Assembly (NCBI RefSeq): GCF_963921235.1
Contig: NC_086098.1
Coordinates: 7,812,001-7,876,000 of the forward strand
Origin: Mobula hypostoma
Lineage: Eukaryota
DNA length: 64,000 nucleotides
Direction: 5' to 3'
A model generated the notes under the pieces. The model was not told where the DNA came from, ran no database searches, and saw nothing but the letters and a program-made list of their open reading frames with translations. Of the stretch, positions 1 through 12,564 are shown piece after piece (the stretch's first letter is position 1; every line of letters begins with the position of its first letter). The position numbers and the translations under genes are program-made.

Positions 1-2693
1 AGGTCAGTATGTTTACAAATTCAAATTCAACACCAAATATATATATATATATATTTATACACATTATGTATTAACTCCTTTTATGACAAATTCTTCAACA
101 TCACAACTTTTAAACGAAAGTAAATCTCATTCAATAACTTATCAAAGTCTTTGCAACAATATTCAGTTCTTGCAGAAAATCAAACTCAGATCCTTTGAAT
201 GAAAAATAAACATACATCCAACCGTATTAAATATGTATTTAAACATTTCATTCCCATGCTGGGTCCTCGAACTTGGGTGGCTTGCCATCTTGTGTCTTGG
301 TTCATTGGATGAAATAGTGAGTCATCTATGAAAAGTCAATTCAGAAAACTTACAGAAAAAAATTCTGACCAAATCTCTTGATATGATTTAACAGAATTAA
401 TTACCAGTTTCCCGATAGAGATCTTGGACACTCATCTCTGCCGATACTGTCTCATTATAACTGCTGCTTATTATAGCTGCAGCTTCAGTAGATCTTTTAT
501 CGCTATCAGCTCTCCTCCACGGGTTTCGCCCTGAGGTTTTCAAGTAAGTAGGGTAGAGATACTCCACTTTTAACAGTTTTTATATCTTTAGTGTCAAATA
601 GTTTGCTGCATTTCTATCGCTTGTCTGTGCCTGCATCAGCCATGCATCATTCTCGCATAGCATTTTTCTCCCCCAAGTTCTCTCTTTTTTAAAAAAATTG
701 GTAAACTTCGTTTTCATCCCTCCACAGGTGAAGCTTTCTAAAGTTACACCTTTGGGTTTAAATAACCTGGGTTACACATAGGTTGTGGAATCAGTTTGAG
801 TTGAGGCGAGTGAATTTATCTATGCTGGTTCAGGATCCTGATGGTTGAAGTGTAAGATCTGTTCCCGAACAGTTACTGAGAGATTTTGGATGGCACTGGC
901 ATTCACGGATGGCTCACAACAGATGAAACCACAGTACGTGTTATTTCTATTGCATGTCCCACCAACATACTGCAACAAATTTCCTAATACGAGTAAATGT
1001 ACCTAGCAAATGAAGTTGCTCATTGAGTACTCATACTACCAAGCTCTGTGGATTTACTCAATGATTTCTGCATTACCTTGGGTGTGTCCAACCCTTTCAT
1101 TAGGATATCAAACAAAAGCTGATCACAGCATATTTCCACTTATTCAAAGAAACAGAGGTAACTCGGATTAGAATTATTAGTAGCAGCTTGTATTGTATGT
1201 AAGGTTTAAGAAGGTGCTGGTGAAGCACAGCGATAACTTGCTGGTAGCTAAAACAACTATTAATTACTTTATTAATCACCTTTTTCTGGAAAATGATCAC
1301 TGCAATCAACAGTCTGTAACTTCCCTTTCAGAGTTGAGCTTTTGCATCAAAGGTTCAAAGGTCGAATTTAATGTTGGAGAAATGTATACAATATGCATCC
1401 TGAAATGCTTCTTCTGTGTCACCTGTGTGACCTGGCATTTTTGCGATGTTAACTGAAATCTCGAAGGTGCTGGACAGTTGTGAAGAGGTGTTGTATGGTG
1501 CTAAGCCACACGTGAAAAGGCCAGGAGCTGAACTTGATTGTCAGAGACTATCTGAGTCGCATGCCAGTGGGAAAAATTAATAGGTAGTGGGAGCTTGTCT
1601 CCATTACTACTTGCAGCTATAGTAACCTTAAGAAACTAGACGAATCTTAAGGTAGTATATAGAACAAATGTTCAAAGGTTCATTTATTGTTAAAGTTACA
1701 CAGCTCTGAGAGTTGTCTTCTCTAGATAGGCACAAAACAAAGAAGACCATGGAAGACACTCGAAGAAAAACATCAACCCCACCCCCCAACACCGCACACA
1801 AAAAAAAAATCACACAAATAGCAACACGATCATTGAACTCCCCCACACGTTTAAAAAAATTGCGCAAACCCTCCCCCCATGCAGAAAAACAAGTCATGGA
1901 AATGGAAAAGACATCAAACCACAACCCCAACTCAAAAAGAAACAACAAATCATGATAAATGGCAACAGGCAAGAACAGGCAAAACACAGAATATAAAATT
2001 CATAAAGCAGAAAGTGATCAATTTGAACTACATTCCACAATCCGTAAATCCATAATCACAGAATTTCAGTAACATCCTCTGACAGCATCGAGGAATAATG
2101 AGACAACTCAAACTTTGATAATAAATGTACTTTGAACTTTGAACTTTGAACAGTAAAAGATCTATTTAGCAACATTTCACGTTGATGGAGGGAATACTAT
2201 TTTTTCAGAACTCATCTCAACTTTAGCAAGGTGTTGTAAAGAGAATAAATGTCACAATATTGTGACAAGAGAAATTAATGCAACTGTTCTACAAATAATG
2301 ACAGGGAACAGCATCATAAGAATTTAAAGCTAGTACAAAAATTTAAATTTATAAGTAAGCTCACAACATAATCTAAATAACTGAGAATCTGCTGAGAATA
2401 CACTGCAAATCAGCTAAGCCAACATCTGCAAACCAATGTGTTATGTTTTGTAATGGAAAAACATAAAACAAATTGAAAGAAAATACATGGAGCCAGGACA
2501 ACTCATGTACGTTAGTTATGTTTTACATTAGTGAGACATTCAACTCAATATAGAATGCATCTTCACAGTATACTATATAATACAACTACTATATACAGAC
2601 ATCCACAGCATAGTAAATTTCTAATTTTCCTATTCAAGCCTAAAGATTTAATCACTGTGCAGAGTTTCTTACTCCTGTCCATTAACGTCTTAC

Positions 2694-2807
2694 CTGACCG
2701 GGGGTTAGAGGGGGTGTCATGCTGCTTGGCAGGTGAGACTTGTGGCTATGAAACGATCTCATGTTCCGGGACCGCCTCCATGGTGGTTGTAGCAGTTGAC
2801 TCTGAGA
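2694..2807 (-). CDS. Candidate host exon (114 bp, product unknown)
   Basis: Minus strand: acceptor tatgtatctttcctgcag| and donor CAG|gtaaga in non-repeat sequence. Phase-0 frame is open (SQSQLLQPPWRRSRNMRSFHSHKSHLPSSMTPPLTPGQ). No homology recognised. Confidence 0.35.
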
Positions 2808-2823
2808 CTGCAGGAAAGATACA

Positions 2824-3290
2824 TATATTGCTGGCAGAACTCAGCAGGCCAGGCTGCATCTAAGGAAAAGAGAATCGTTGACATTTCAGGCTGAGACCCT
2901 TCATCAGAACTGGAGAAAAAAGATGAGGGGTCAGAGAAAGAAGGTGGGGGGGGAGGGAGGAAGAGACACGGGGTGATAGGTGAAACCAAGAAGAGGGGAA
3001 GATGAAGTAAAGAGCTGGGAAGTTGATTGGTGAAAGACATACGGGGCTAGAGAAAGGGAAATCTAATAGGAAAGGACAGAAGGCCATAAAAGAAAGAAAA
3101 GGGGAGGAGCACCAGAGGGAGATGATGGGCAGGTAAGGAGATAAGGTGAGAGAGGGAAATGGGAATGGTGAAGGGGGCAGCATTACCGGAAGTTCAGGAA
3201 TTGATGCTTATGCCATCACATTGGAGGCTACACAGGCAGAATGTAAGGTGTTACTCCTCCATCCTGAGTGCAGTCTCATCATGACAGTGG
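2824..3290 (-). mobile_element. Penelope-like element 3' fragment (pseudo-LTR plus end of ORF), diverged
   Basis: Similar to the Penelope ends at 11800-12696, 28095-29071 and 44322-45151 (ctcagcaggccaggc..., purine-rich tract, ttggaggcta...taaggtgtt). Confidence 0.75.
2877..2910 (-). ncRNA. Minimal type I hammerhead ribozyme motif (diverged)
   Basis: Minus strand gtt-CTGATGA-agggtctcagcct-GAAA-tgtc-aac: cores intact, stem II agg/cct, stem I gtt/aac. Confidence 0.55.
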
Positions 3291-3620
3291 GGGTCGCACC
3301 ATTATGCATCAGACCACAGTAACTGATGCTTGGCTTAAAGAATTTGCACTATTGCACTGTGCTCTGAACCCACAATCTTCTCATCTTTTTAACACTGTCT
3401 TAAGATTTTGGAGATGTTCCTTGTCATCCTCACCAGTAACAATGATGACATCCAGGTAACACTGAGTGCCTGGGCAGTCTTTGAGCAGCTGGTCTGTAGC
3501 GACCTGCCAGACACCAGGTGCAGATTATATTAAGCAAAAGTAAGACTGTTATAGCGATCAAACCATTTCTGTTTATGGTGAGAAACACTTTGGATTCTTC
3601 ATCCATCCCCATCTGTAGGT

Positions 3621-3668
3621 ATGATGATGATGATGATGATGATGATGTTGATGATGATGATGGTGATG

Positions 3669-3701
<33 letters not shown>

Positions 3702-3713
3702 GTGATGATGATG

Positions 3714-3770
<57 letters not shown>
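3621..3770. repeat. (GAT)n microsatellite, about 50 units; 3' tail of the adjacent SINE
   Basis: Seen directly; a few GGT/GTT interruptions. Confidence 0.98.
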
Positions 3771-3999
3771 TCGACTCAGACCTGGGAGGCCAGCGTCAGG
3801 CACTTTCATGCCTTACAAGGCGCAGCTCGAAAGGCCGTGTGGGGTGCCACTCCTCGCACAGACATTTTGCAGTATTATTTTATGAGGCCGAGTTGCGAGC
3901 TCAACATCAACTTGGCGCGGATGGAGACCGTGCACAGGGACGGTGTGTCACTGGATGGAACTCGGGAACTTCGGGATCTCACTGCGCCACCAGCCGACC
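3771..3999 (-). mobile_element. tRNA-derived SINE with (CAT)n tail
   Basis: Minus strand starts ggtcggctggTGGCGCAGTG (A-box-like) followed by gagttccatcc (B-box-like). Body resembles 29280-29456. Confidence 0.6.
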
Positions 4000-4849
4000 A
4001 AAGATAGGTCTCAGTTAAGTCTGATTTGTTGAAGTATATTCCTCCCGAAAGGTGTGCAAAGGTATCCTCTATCCTGGGCAGAGGGTAATGGTCTACTTCC
4101 AGTACTGGTTTGACGGTGACCTTAAAATTACCACAGATCCTGACAGGCCCATTCTTTTTGGTTACTTGGACTACTGGCTTTGTTCACGGGCTCCACTCAA
4201 CCTTGCAAAGAATTCCTTCAGACTTCATGAAATCTAGCTCACTGGCTACTTTATCGCAGATGGTATAAGAAACAAGATGAGCTTTGTAAAATTTGTGTGT
4301 GGCATTTTCATTTAACACTACTTTACCCTTAATATGTTTGAGCTTTCCAATGCCATCCTTGATGCTGTGGCATCATGGAATACCTTTCTTAATTCTCTTC
4401 CAATTAAACTGTAGTTGTCTCAGCAACTCATGTCCCCCAACATGCCGGTCTTCCTGTTTTACCACATAAAAGCCCAACGTGGCTTGCTGGCTGTGGTAAC
4501 TCACTGTTACAAATGTCATTCTCACAGGAGTTATCTTTTCTCCAGTGTAAGTTTTTAGATGGATATCTGCAGGCTTCAGTTCAGTATCTTTGAAATGCCA
4601 TTCAAACACATTTTGTGGATTGACTGAAACAGCCAAGCCAGTGTCCAATTCTATTTCAATTAATTTGCCCTTCACCTCTGAAAATTCCTGGACAGTTTCA
4701 AGGACTCTGCGGTTTGCTGTTTAATATTCTGCGTGTTATTTGCTCATTTTTCGTCATTTGTGCAATCTGTTCATTTTTGCACAATGAGTGTTTGATGGTT
4801 TATTTGAACAGATTCAGTGGTGTTACTCCATTTCATGAATGTCTGCAGG

Positions 4850-7106
4850 ATAGACTGGAGAACTCATCTTGTGAGCCGTTATGGATGGAACTGAAGAAAG
4901 GTATGCCCACATTAATGGAGCTATATTACAGATCACCCAAAGGTTTGAGGGATTTAGAGGTCCAAATTTCTAGAGATCACAAACTGTTGCAGGAAGCATA
5001 AGTTATAGTAAGTGATTTTTTTTTTAAATTTTATTTTTATTTGGATAAGGAGTTCACAATTATCATGTACTTTTTTCACACATATAACCTTCTCCATTTT
5101 TTTATATGTATAAAACTACAATTATTTATACATTCTTAAGTACACATTGAGATGAAATAAAAGCAAAATAAACATTTAAATAGATAATTATGTACTGTGG
5201 TAAATCTAACCTATTAGGCTAAGTAATGAAATTAGTTGTTAAGAAAAATGGTAATAATAGTATCCATACAACCCTTCTGGACCATTTCCACTGGTCCAAA
5301 ATGTTGCATACAAGCCTATATACCAACCATTGTAGGTGTTTATATTCCAATTTGTTCGTGCTTGTTCCTGCCCGCAGACATAATTATCCAATCCCTATGT
5401 ACTTATTTACTTAATTTTTTGATTTTTAATGTTCAACATATTGACTGGGACTCCCATACTGTAAAAGGACTAAGTGGGGGACAGGTTGTCAAATATGCTC
5501 AGGAAAATGTGTAACTCCCAACGAGTGAGTGTGAGTTACTTGATCTGCTGTTAAGGAATAAGATTGGGCAACTGATGCAGGGGAACACTTTATATCTAGT
5601 GATCATAATGCTTTAGTTTCAAAGTAAACATGGAAAAAGATATGCCTGGTCCATGGGTTGAGATTTTAAATTGGAGAAAGGCCAATTTTGATGGTATCAG
5701 AAAGGACCTGGCAAGTGTGGATTGAGTTAGGCTGTATTCCGGCAAAATTGTACTTGGTAAGAGGGAATCCTTCAAAAGTGAAATTTTGAGAGTACAACGC
5801 TTGTATGTGCCTGTCAGAATAAAATGTAAGTATAACAGGTCTAGGGAACCTTGGTTTTCAAGAGATATTGAGTCTCCAAAGGAAAAAAAAGCAGGTACAT
5901 AGCAGGTATAGGTGGGTAGGAACAAATAACGTCCTTATGGAACATACGAAATGTAAGAGAACACTTAAGGAAGAAATCAGGGGGGCTAAAAGAAGATATG
6001 ATGTTGCCCTAGCACACAAGGTGAAAGAGAATCCTAAAATATTCTAAAGATATGTTAACAGCAAAAGGATTGCAAGGGACAAAATTGGTCCTCTGGAAGA
6101 TCAGAATGGTGATCCATTCATGGAGCCAAAAGAGATGGAGAGATCTTAAATGATTTTTTTGCATCTCTACTTACTCAGGAGATGGACACAAAGTGTATGG
6201 AAGTGAGGCAAAGTGGCAACAACTACATGGACCCAGTACAGGATAGAGAGGAGGAGGTGTTTGCTGTCTTGAGGCAATTTAGGGTGGATAAATCCCCAGG
6301 GCCTGACAAGGTGTTCCCTCAGACCTTGTGGGAGGCAAGTGCAGAAATTGCAGGAGCCTTAGCCGAGATATTTAAATCATCCTTAGTAACAAGTGAGGTA
6401 CTAGAGGATTGGAGAATAGGTAATGTTGTTCTATTTTAAGAAAGGCTTTAAAAGTAAGCCAGGAAATCATAAGCCAGTGAGCTTGACATCAGTAGTGGAA
6501 AGCTATTGGAAGGTATTCTAAGAGACCTGATATATGAGTATTTGGAGAGATATGGACTGATTAGGGACAGCCAGCATGGCTTCATGAATGGCTGGCTGTG
6601 TTCAACTAATCTTATAGAGATTTTTGAGGAATTTACCAGGAATGCTGATGTAGGCAAGGTAGTGGATGTTGTCTACATGGACTTTAGCAAGGCATTTTAC
6701 AAGGTCCCACATAGGAGGGAGGTTGGTCAAGAAGGTTCATTCACTTGATATTCAAGATGAGGTAGTAAATTGAATTCGATATGGCTTTGTGAGAGAAACC
6801 AGAGAGTGATAGTAGATGGTTGCCTTTCTGAATGGAGGCCTGTGTCTAGTGGAGTGCCGCAGGGATCAGTGCTGGGTCCACTGCTGTTTGTCATCTATAT
6901 CAACAACTTGGATGGTAATGTAGTTAGCTGAATCAGCAAATCTATGGATGACAACAAGATTGGGTGTGTAGTGGACAACAATGAAAATAATCAAAGCTTG
7001 CAGTGGGGTCTGTACCAGCTAGAGAAATGGGCTGAAAAATGGCAGATTGAATTTAATGCAGCCAAGTGCAAGGTGTTGCACTTTGATAGGACCAACATGG
7101 GTAGAT
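4850..7106 (+). mobile_element. CR1 LINE ORF2 fragment (endonuclease to RT), degenerate
   Basis: ORF pieces [54 protein letters not shown]. Confidence 0.9.
5017..5420 (-). mobile_element. Unclassified poly(A)-tailed retroposed insertion in the CR1
   Basis: Plus-strand T-run at ~5016-5026; tgatttt on both sides; CR1 resumes at ...catattgactgggac. Confidence 0.5.
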
Positions 7107-7107
7107 C

Positions 7108-7953
7108 GAAAAGTTCAAAGGAACATCTAAACAAGCCTGATGCATTTTGGAAACAAGTCCTGTGGACTGATGAAGTTAAAATAGAACTTATTGGCCGTAA
7201 TGAGCAAAGGGATTTTCGGAGAAAAAAGGGTGCAGAATTTCATGAAAAGAACCCTACTCCAACTGTTAAGCACAGGGGTGGATCAATCATACTTGGGGCT
7301 TGTGTTGCAGCCAGTGGCACGGGGAACATTTACTGGTAGAGGGAAGAATGAATTCAATTAAATACCAGCAAATTCTGGAAGCAAACATCACACCATCTGT
7401 AAAAAAGCTGAAGATGAAAAGAGGATGGCTTCTACAATAGGATAATAATCCTAAACACACCTCAAAATCCACAATGGACTACCTCAAGAGGCGCAAACTG
7501 AAGATTTTGCTGTGGCCCTCACAGTCCCCTGACATAAACATCATCGAGAATCTGTGGATAGACCTCAAAAGAGCAGTGCATGCAAGACGGCCCAAGAATC
7601 TCACAGAACTAGAAGCCTTTTGCAAGGAAGAATGGGCGAAAATCCCTCAAAAAGAATTGAAAGACTCTTGGCTGGCTACAAAAAGCGTTTACAAGCTGTG
7701 ATACTTGCCAAAGAGGGTGTTACTACGTACTGCCAGGCAGGGTGCCCAAACTTTTGCTTTGGGCCCTTTTCCTTTTTTGTTATTTTGAAACTGTAAAAGA
7801 TGGAATTAAAAAAAGTAATCTTGCTTAAAATATTAAAGAAATTAGTCATCTTTAACTTTATGCCTTTTGAAATTCAGTTCATCTTTTACTCGCTTAGCTA
7901 TTCACAGTAACAGAAATTTTGACCAGGGGTGCCCAAACTTTTGCATGCCACTG
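7108..7953 (+). mobile_element. Tc1-like DNA transposon, right half (DD34E transposase remnant and IR/DR end)
   Basis: VLWTDEVKIEL, DNNPKH (preceded by a stop) and WPSQSPDINIIENLW motifs. 18-bp direct repeat gggtgcccaaacttttgc at 7740-7757 and 7927-7944; ends ...CACTG followed by TA. Confidence 0.92.
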
Positions 7954-7955
7954 TA

Positions 7956-8480
7956 CCGATGCGGTTATAAAGAAGGCAAGACAGCAGCTATATTTCATTA
8001 GCGGTTTGAGGAGGTTTGGTATGTCATCAAAAACACTTACATTTTTCTACAGATGTACCATGGGTGCATCACCGTCTAGTATGGGGGCGGGGGCCGCTAT
8101 AGCACAGAATTGAAGTAAGTTGCAGAGAGCGGTAAAATTAGCCAGCTCCATCATAGGCACTAGCCTCCAGAGTATCCAGGTTATCTTTGAGTAGCGTTGT
8201 CCACCATCAAGGACCCACACCACCCAGGACATGCCCTCTTCTCATTGCAATCATCAGGTAGGAGGTACAAAATCCTGAAGGCATACACTCAGCAATTCAG
8301 GAACAGCTTCTTCCAATTTCTGAATGGACATTTTTCCCATGAACACCAGTTCACTCCATTTTTTATTTCCTATTATTTGCATAACTTTTATCATGTATTG
8401 CATTGTACTGCTGCCGCAAAATTAAGAAACTTCACAACGTACTGTACGTCAGTGATTTTAAACCTGACTCTGATCCTGAT
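7956..8480 (+). mobile_element. Rex1/Babar-type LINE 3' fragment
   Basis: KKARQQLYFISGLRRFG and IKDPHHPGHALFSLQSSGRRY motifs; tail acctgactctgatcctgat. Confidence 0.75.
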
Positions 8481-8657
8481 TAATTGCTACACTATTGTGC
8501 TGCCTCAGTCAGTAAGGAGAAGGTGTTCAGGTTCTGAACTGCTGCTGTTCCAGTGAGTTAAGGCTTTTATCATGAGTGAGTAAATATCTTGGAGGTGTGT
8601 GTGGAAAGCTATTTGTCTTTTGCTAGAGTGCCTTGTTCCCAAAAAGAAAGCACACCA

Positions 8658-8825
8658 GAGTTAGATATGGCCCTTGTGGCTACGGGGGTCAGGGGGTATG
8701 GAGGGAAGGCTGGGGTGGGGTTCTGAGTTGGATGATCAGCCATGATCATAATAAATGGCGGTGCAGGCTCGAAGGGCCGAATGGCCTACTCCTGCACCTA
8801 TTTTCTATGTTTCTATGTTTCTATG
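8658..8825 (+). mobile_element. Young CR1 3' end with (TTTCTATG)3 tail
   Basis: Nearly identical to 59629-59796. Confidence 0.85.
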
Positions 8826-9240
8826 TCGTGAATTTTTTTAACTTTGCAGCCGCAGTACAATGCAATACATGATAAATATAGGAAAAAGACTGAATTACCC
8901 TGCATATATATGTATATTAAATATTTAAATTAAGATAAGTAATTTTAAAAAAGTAGTGAGGTAGTGTTCATGGGTTCAATGTCCATTCAAAATCGGATGG
9001 CAGAGGGGAAGAGGCTGTTTCTGAATCGCTGAGTGTGTGTCTTCAGGCTTCTGTACCTCCTCCCTGATGGTAGCAATGAGTTCAGGGCACGTCGTGCGGG
9101 TGGGGGGGGGGTCCTTGATGATGGAAGCTGCTTTTCGGAGGCACCGCTCCTTGAAGCTGTCCTGAATACTGCGGAGGCTAGTACCCGTGATGGAGTTGAC
9201 TAATTTTACAGCTCTCTGCTGACTAATGTTACAACTCACT
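8826..9240 (-). mobile_element. Rex1/Babar-type LINE 3' fragment
   Basis: ORF 8976-9239: KERCLRKAASIIKDP. Confidence 0.75.
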
Positions 9241-9435
9241 GCAGCCTACTTTTTACACACCCCCTTCATTGAACTAGTGCCACTGGATTAGCTTTCACTT
9301 TCATTTGCACTGTCTCTTTACATAATTATTCCACATATTTTAGCCTGCCAGACTGCCCATTGTCCTTCTCCTTCCAAGGGGTATGGACAGTGTACTGCCT
9401 CGTGGCTGGCAGGATGTTGAACTGAAATTGCTCAC

Positions 9436-9470
9436 CGACCCACTCTCCTCAACAGGATAGCAGTGCCCCA
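9436..9470 (-). CDS. Candidate host micro-exon (35 bp)
   Basis: ggttttcag|TGGGGCAC...GGGTCG|gtgagc in non-repeat DNA; frame xGHCYPVEESGS is open. Confidence 0.25.
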
Positions 9471-9889
9471 CTGAAAACCATTAACAGCAATTGTGTTACT
9501 CATGATACTAATGACTGAAATGTTCCTTCTTAATCACATTTGAATTTGTTTGTAATTTCCCTTGATACGGATTTCCAAACTTATGAGTTTCTGTATGAAT
9601 TAGGTAATTTGTCATAATCTGCCTATTTTTAGACTCAGGATATTAACCGCGTTATATAATGTTTACATGTATACTGGAAGATGTTAGCAGGTCTCCCTTT
9701 TAATACATAGGAAACAAGTGCTCAAGGTGTAAATTAATATTCTTAAGTAACATCTAAGCAATACATTAAATCTGATTTGCATTTCAAGGATTCAATTTTA
9801 CAATACCAGAGGAAATTTGCGAACCTAACAGTATTGCAAGTTTAAACCCCACATCAAACGCCATTAGGTTTTTGCAACACTGACAAAAG

Positions 9890-10048
9890 CAGTCAGCATA
9901 ATATTATCACAGTGCCAGCGTCACGGCTTCAATTCCCACCACTGTCTGTAAGGAGTTTGTACGCTCTCCCTGTCACTGTGTGGGCTTCCTCTGGGTGATC
10001 TGGTTTCCTCCCACGTTCCAAACTGGTACTATTTAGTCGGTTAATTAC
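9890..10048 (+). mobile_element. V-SINE-like element fragment
   Basis: B-box-like gcttcaattcc and core ggagtttgtacg...gggcttcctctgggtgatctggtttcctcccac. Related pieces near 20660-20855, 22630-22830, 50060-50300 and 51525-51680. Confidence 0.55.
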
Positions 10049-10365
10049 TCATCTTCATCATCATTATGTGCTGTGTTGTATGACATGGGTGATCACGGTC
10101 TTCCATCTGTCTTTAATCTGAGAAGTTCCAATAAGCTCCTCAAAACTTTTGCCGGTCCATCCCCTGATGTAACTCGTGAATGTCATGCGCTGTCGACCGC
10201 GGCTTTTTCCTCCATCAGTTTTTCCCGTCACTGCAAGACGCTCGCGCATCCTTTGCTCAGCAGATGTTGCAGAAATTGCAGCTGCCGATTCCTGATTGAT
10301 GATATCATCTCACTGCTTATTCTGGCTTTTCACAACTCTTCCTCATTTATTACTCTGTCCTCATT
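10049..10365 (-). mobile_element. RTE-clade LINE 3' fragment
   Basis: ORF 10064-10249 GKTDGGKSRGRQRMTF...DRWK; (TGA)n tail. Confidence 0.75.
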
Positions 10366-11859
10366 ACTGGGGCGCAATTCTGTGGCACAGGCACATTGGC
10401 AGGAAGGGCCGCTTACTGAGCTGCGCACCTAAATAAATAAAAGTACCAGGGGAACTCACAAAGTCAGGCAACAATGAAGAGGAATGGAGTCAACATGACA
10501 GGCTAATACATCAGTCATGATAGAATGGTGAATCAGACTTGAAAGGAACCTTTGGAAGACAATGATCATAATATAGACCATAAGACCGTAAGATATAGGA
10601 GAAGAATTAATCATCTGGCAATTTGAGTCTGTGTCAGCATGTCATCACGGCTGATCCAATTTTCCTCTCAGCTCCAATCTCCTGCCTTCTCCCCATGTCC
10701 CTTCATGCCAATCAGGAATCTATCAACCTCTTCCTTAAATATACATAGAGACTTGGCCTCCACAGCTATCCGTGGCAATAAATTCCACAGATTCGCCACT
10801 CTCTGGCTAAAGAAAGTTGCTCCTCATTTCTGTTCTAAAAGGACACTTTTCTCTTCTGAGGCTGTGTCCTCTGATCTTAGACTGTGGAAATATCCTCTCC
10901 ACATTCCATATGTTTCACAAGATCACAAGACAAAGGAGCAGAAATACGCCATTCAGCCTATCGAGTCTGCTCAGCAGCTCCCCCATGAGCTAAACTATTC
11001 ACCCATCTAGTTCCAATTTCTGGCTTTTTCCCCATATCCCTTGATACCCTGACTAATTAGATACCTGCCAATCTCCTCCTTAAACACCCTCAATGATCGG
11101 GCCTCCACAGCTGTATGTGGCAACGAATTCCACAAATCCACGACCCTCTGGCTAAAAAAATTTCTCCTCATCTCTGTTTTAACTGAGTACCCCCTAATTC
11201 TAAGACTATGGCCTCTTGTCCTGGACTCGCCCACCAAGGGAAACAACCTTTCCACGTCTACTCTGTCCAACCCTTTCAACTTTCGAAATGTTTCTATGAG
11301 ATCCCCTCTCATTCTTCCATACTCTAATGAATACAATCCAAGAGCTGACAGACGCTCCTTGTTTGAATGAGGTCACCCTTCATTCCTTTGAATTCTAGGA
11401 AAACAGCCCAGAGCCATAAAAATACTCTTCATATGACAAACCATTCAATACTGGAATCATTTTCGTGAACCTCCTTTGAACCTCCTCCAGTTTCAGCACA
11501 TCTTTATAAGATAAGGGGCCCAAACCTGCTCAGAATACACCAAGTGAAGCCTCACCAGTTCCTTATGAAATCTCAACTTTACATCCTTGCTTTTATATTC
11601 TAGTCCTCCTGAAATGAATACTAACATTGCATTTGCTTCCTCACCACAGACTCAACTTGAAAATTAACCTTTAGTGAATCCTGTACAGGGAATCCTAAAT
11701 CGCATTTCACCTCCGTTATTTGTATTTTCTCTCCACTTAGAAAACAGCAAACCCTTTCAATTCAACAAAGTGCATGATCATACAGTTCCTGACACTGTAA
11801 CACACATCAAAGTTGCTGGTGAACGCAGCAGGCCAGGCAGCATCTATAGGAAGAGGCGC

Positions 11860-11895
11860 AGTCGACGTTTCAGGCCGAGACCCTTCGTCAGGACT
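11860..11895 (-). ncRNA. Minimal type I hammerhead ribozyme motif
   Basis: agtc-CTGACGA-agggtctcggcct-GAAA-cgtc-gact on the minus strand. Confidence 0.75.
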
Positions 11896-12564
11896 AACTG
11901 AAGGAAGAGTGAGTAAGGGATTTGAAAGCTGGAGGGGGAGGGGAAGATGCAAAATGATAGGAGAAGACAGGAGGGGGAGGGATAGAGCCGAGAGCTGGAC
12001 AGGTGATAGGCAAAAGGGGATACGAGAGGAACATGGGACAGGAGGTCCGGGAAGAAAGACGGGGGGGGGGTGACCCAGAGGATGGGCAAGAGGTATATTC
12101 AGAGGGACAGAGGGAGAAAAAGGAGAGTGAGAGAAAGAATGTGTGTATAAAAATGAGTAACAGATGGGGTACGAGGGGGAGGTGGGGCCTAGCGGAAGTT
12201 AGAGAAGTCAATGTTCATGCCATCAGGTTGGAGGCTACCCAGACGGAATATAAGGTGTTTACTTCCGCTAGGCCCCACCTCCCCCTCGTACCCCAGCTGT
12301 TACTTATTTTTATACACACATTCTTTCTCTCACTCTCCTTTTTCTCCCTCTGTCCCTCTGAATATACCTCTTGCCCATCCCCTGGGTCACCCCCCCCCGT
12401 CTTTCTTCCCGGACCTCCTGTCCCATGATCCTCTCGTATCCCCTTTTGCCTATCACCTGTCCAGCTCTCGGCTCCATCCCTCCCCCCTCCTGTCTTCTCC
12501 TATCATTTTGGATCTCCCCCTCCCCCTCCAGCTTTCAAATCCCTTACTCACTCTTCCTTCAGTT

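Larger units (their letters stand above)
3310..4680 (-). mobile_element. Degenerate Gypsy pol fragment (protease and RT), interrupted by a SINE
   Basis: ORF 4373-4675 has the aspartic protease motif IELDTG. Downstream frames give RT-like YPLPRIED, YLQMGMDEESK and QCYLDVIIVTG. Confidence 0.75.

Noticed and set aside
12..720. Possible L1/Tx1 ORF1 remnant on the minus strand
   Set aside because: Too decayed to translate a convincing motif.
3518..4018. Poly-Asp, poly-His and poly-Met ORFs
   Set aside because: Translations of the (GAT)n microsatellite.
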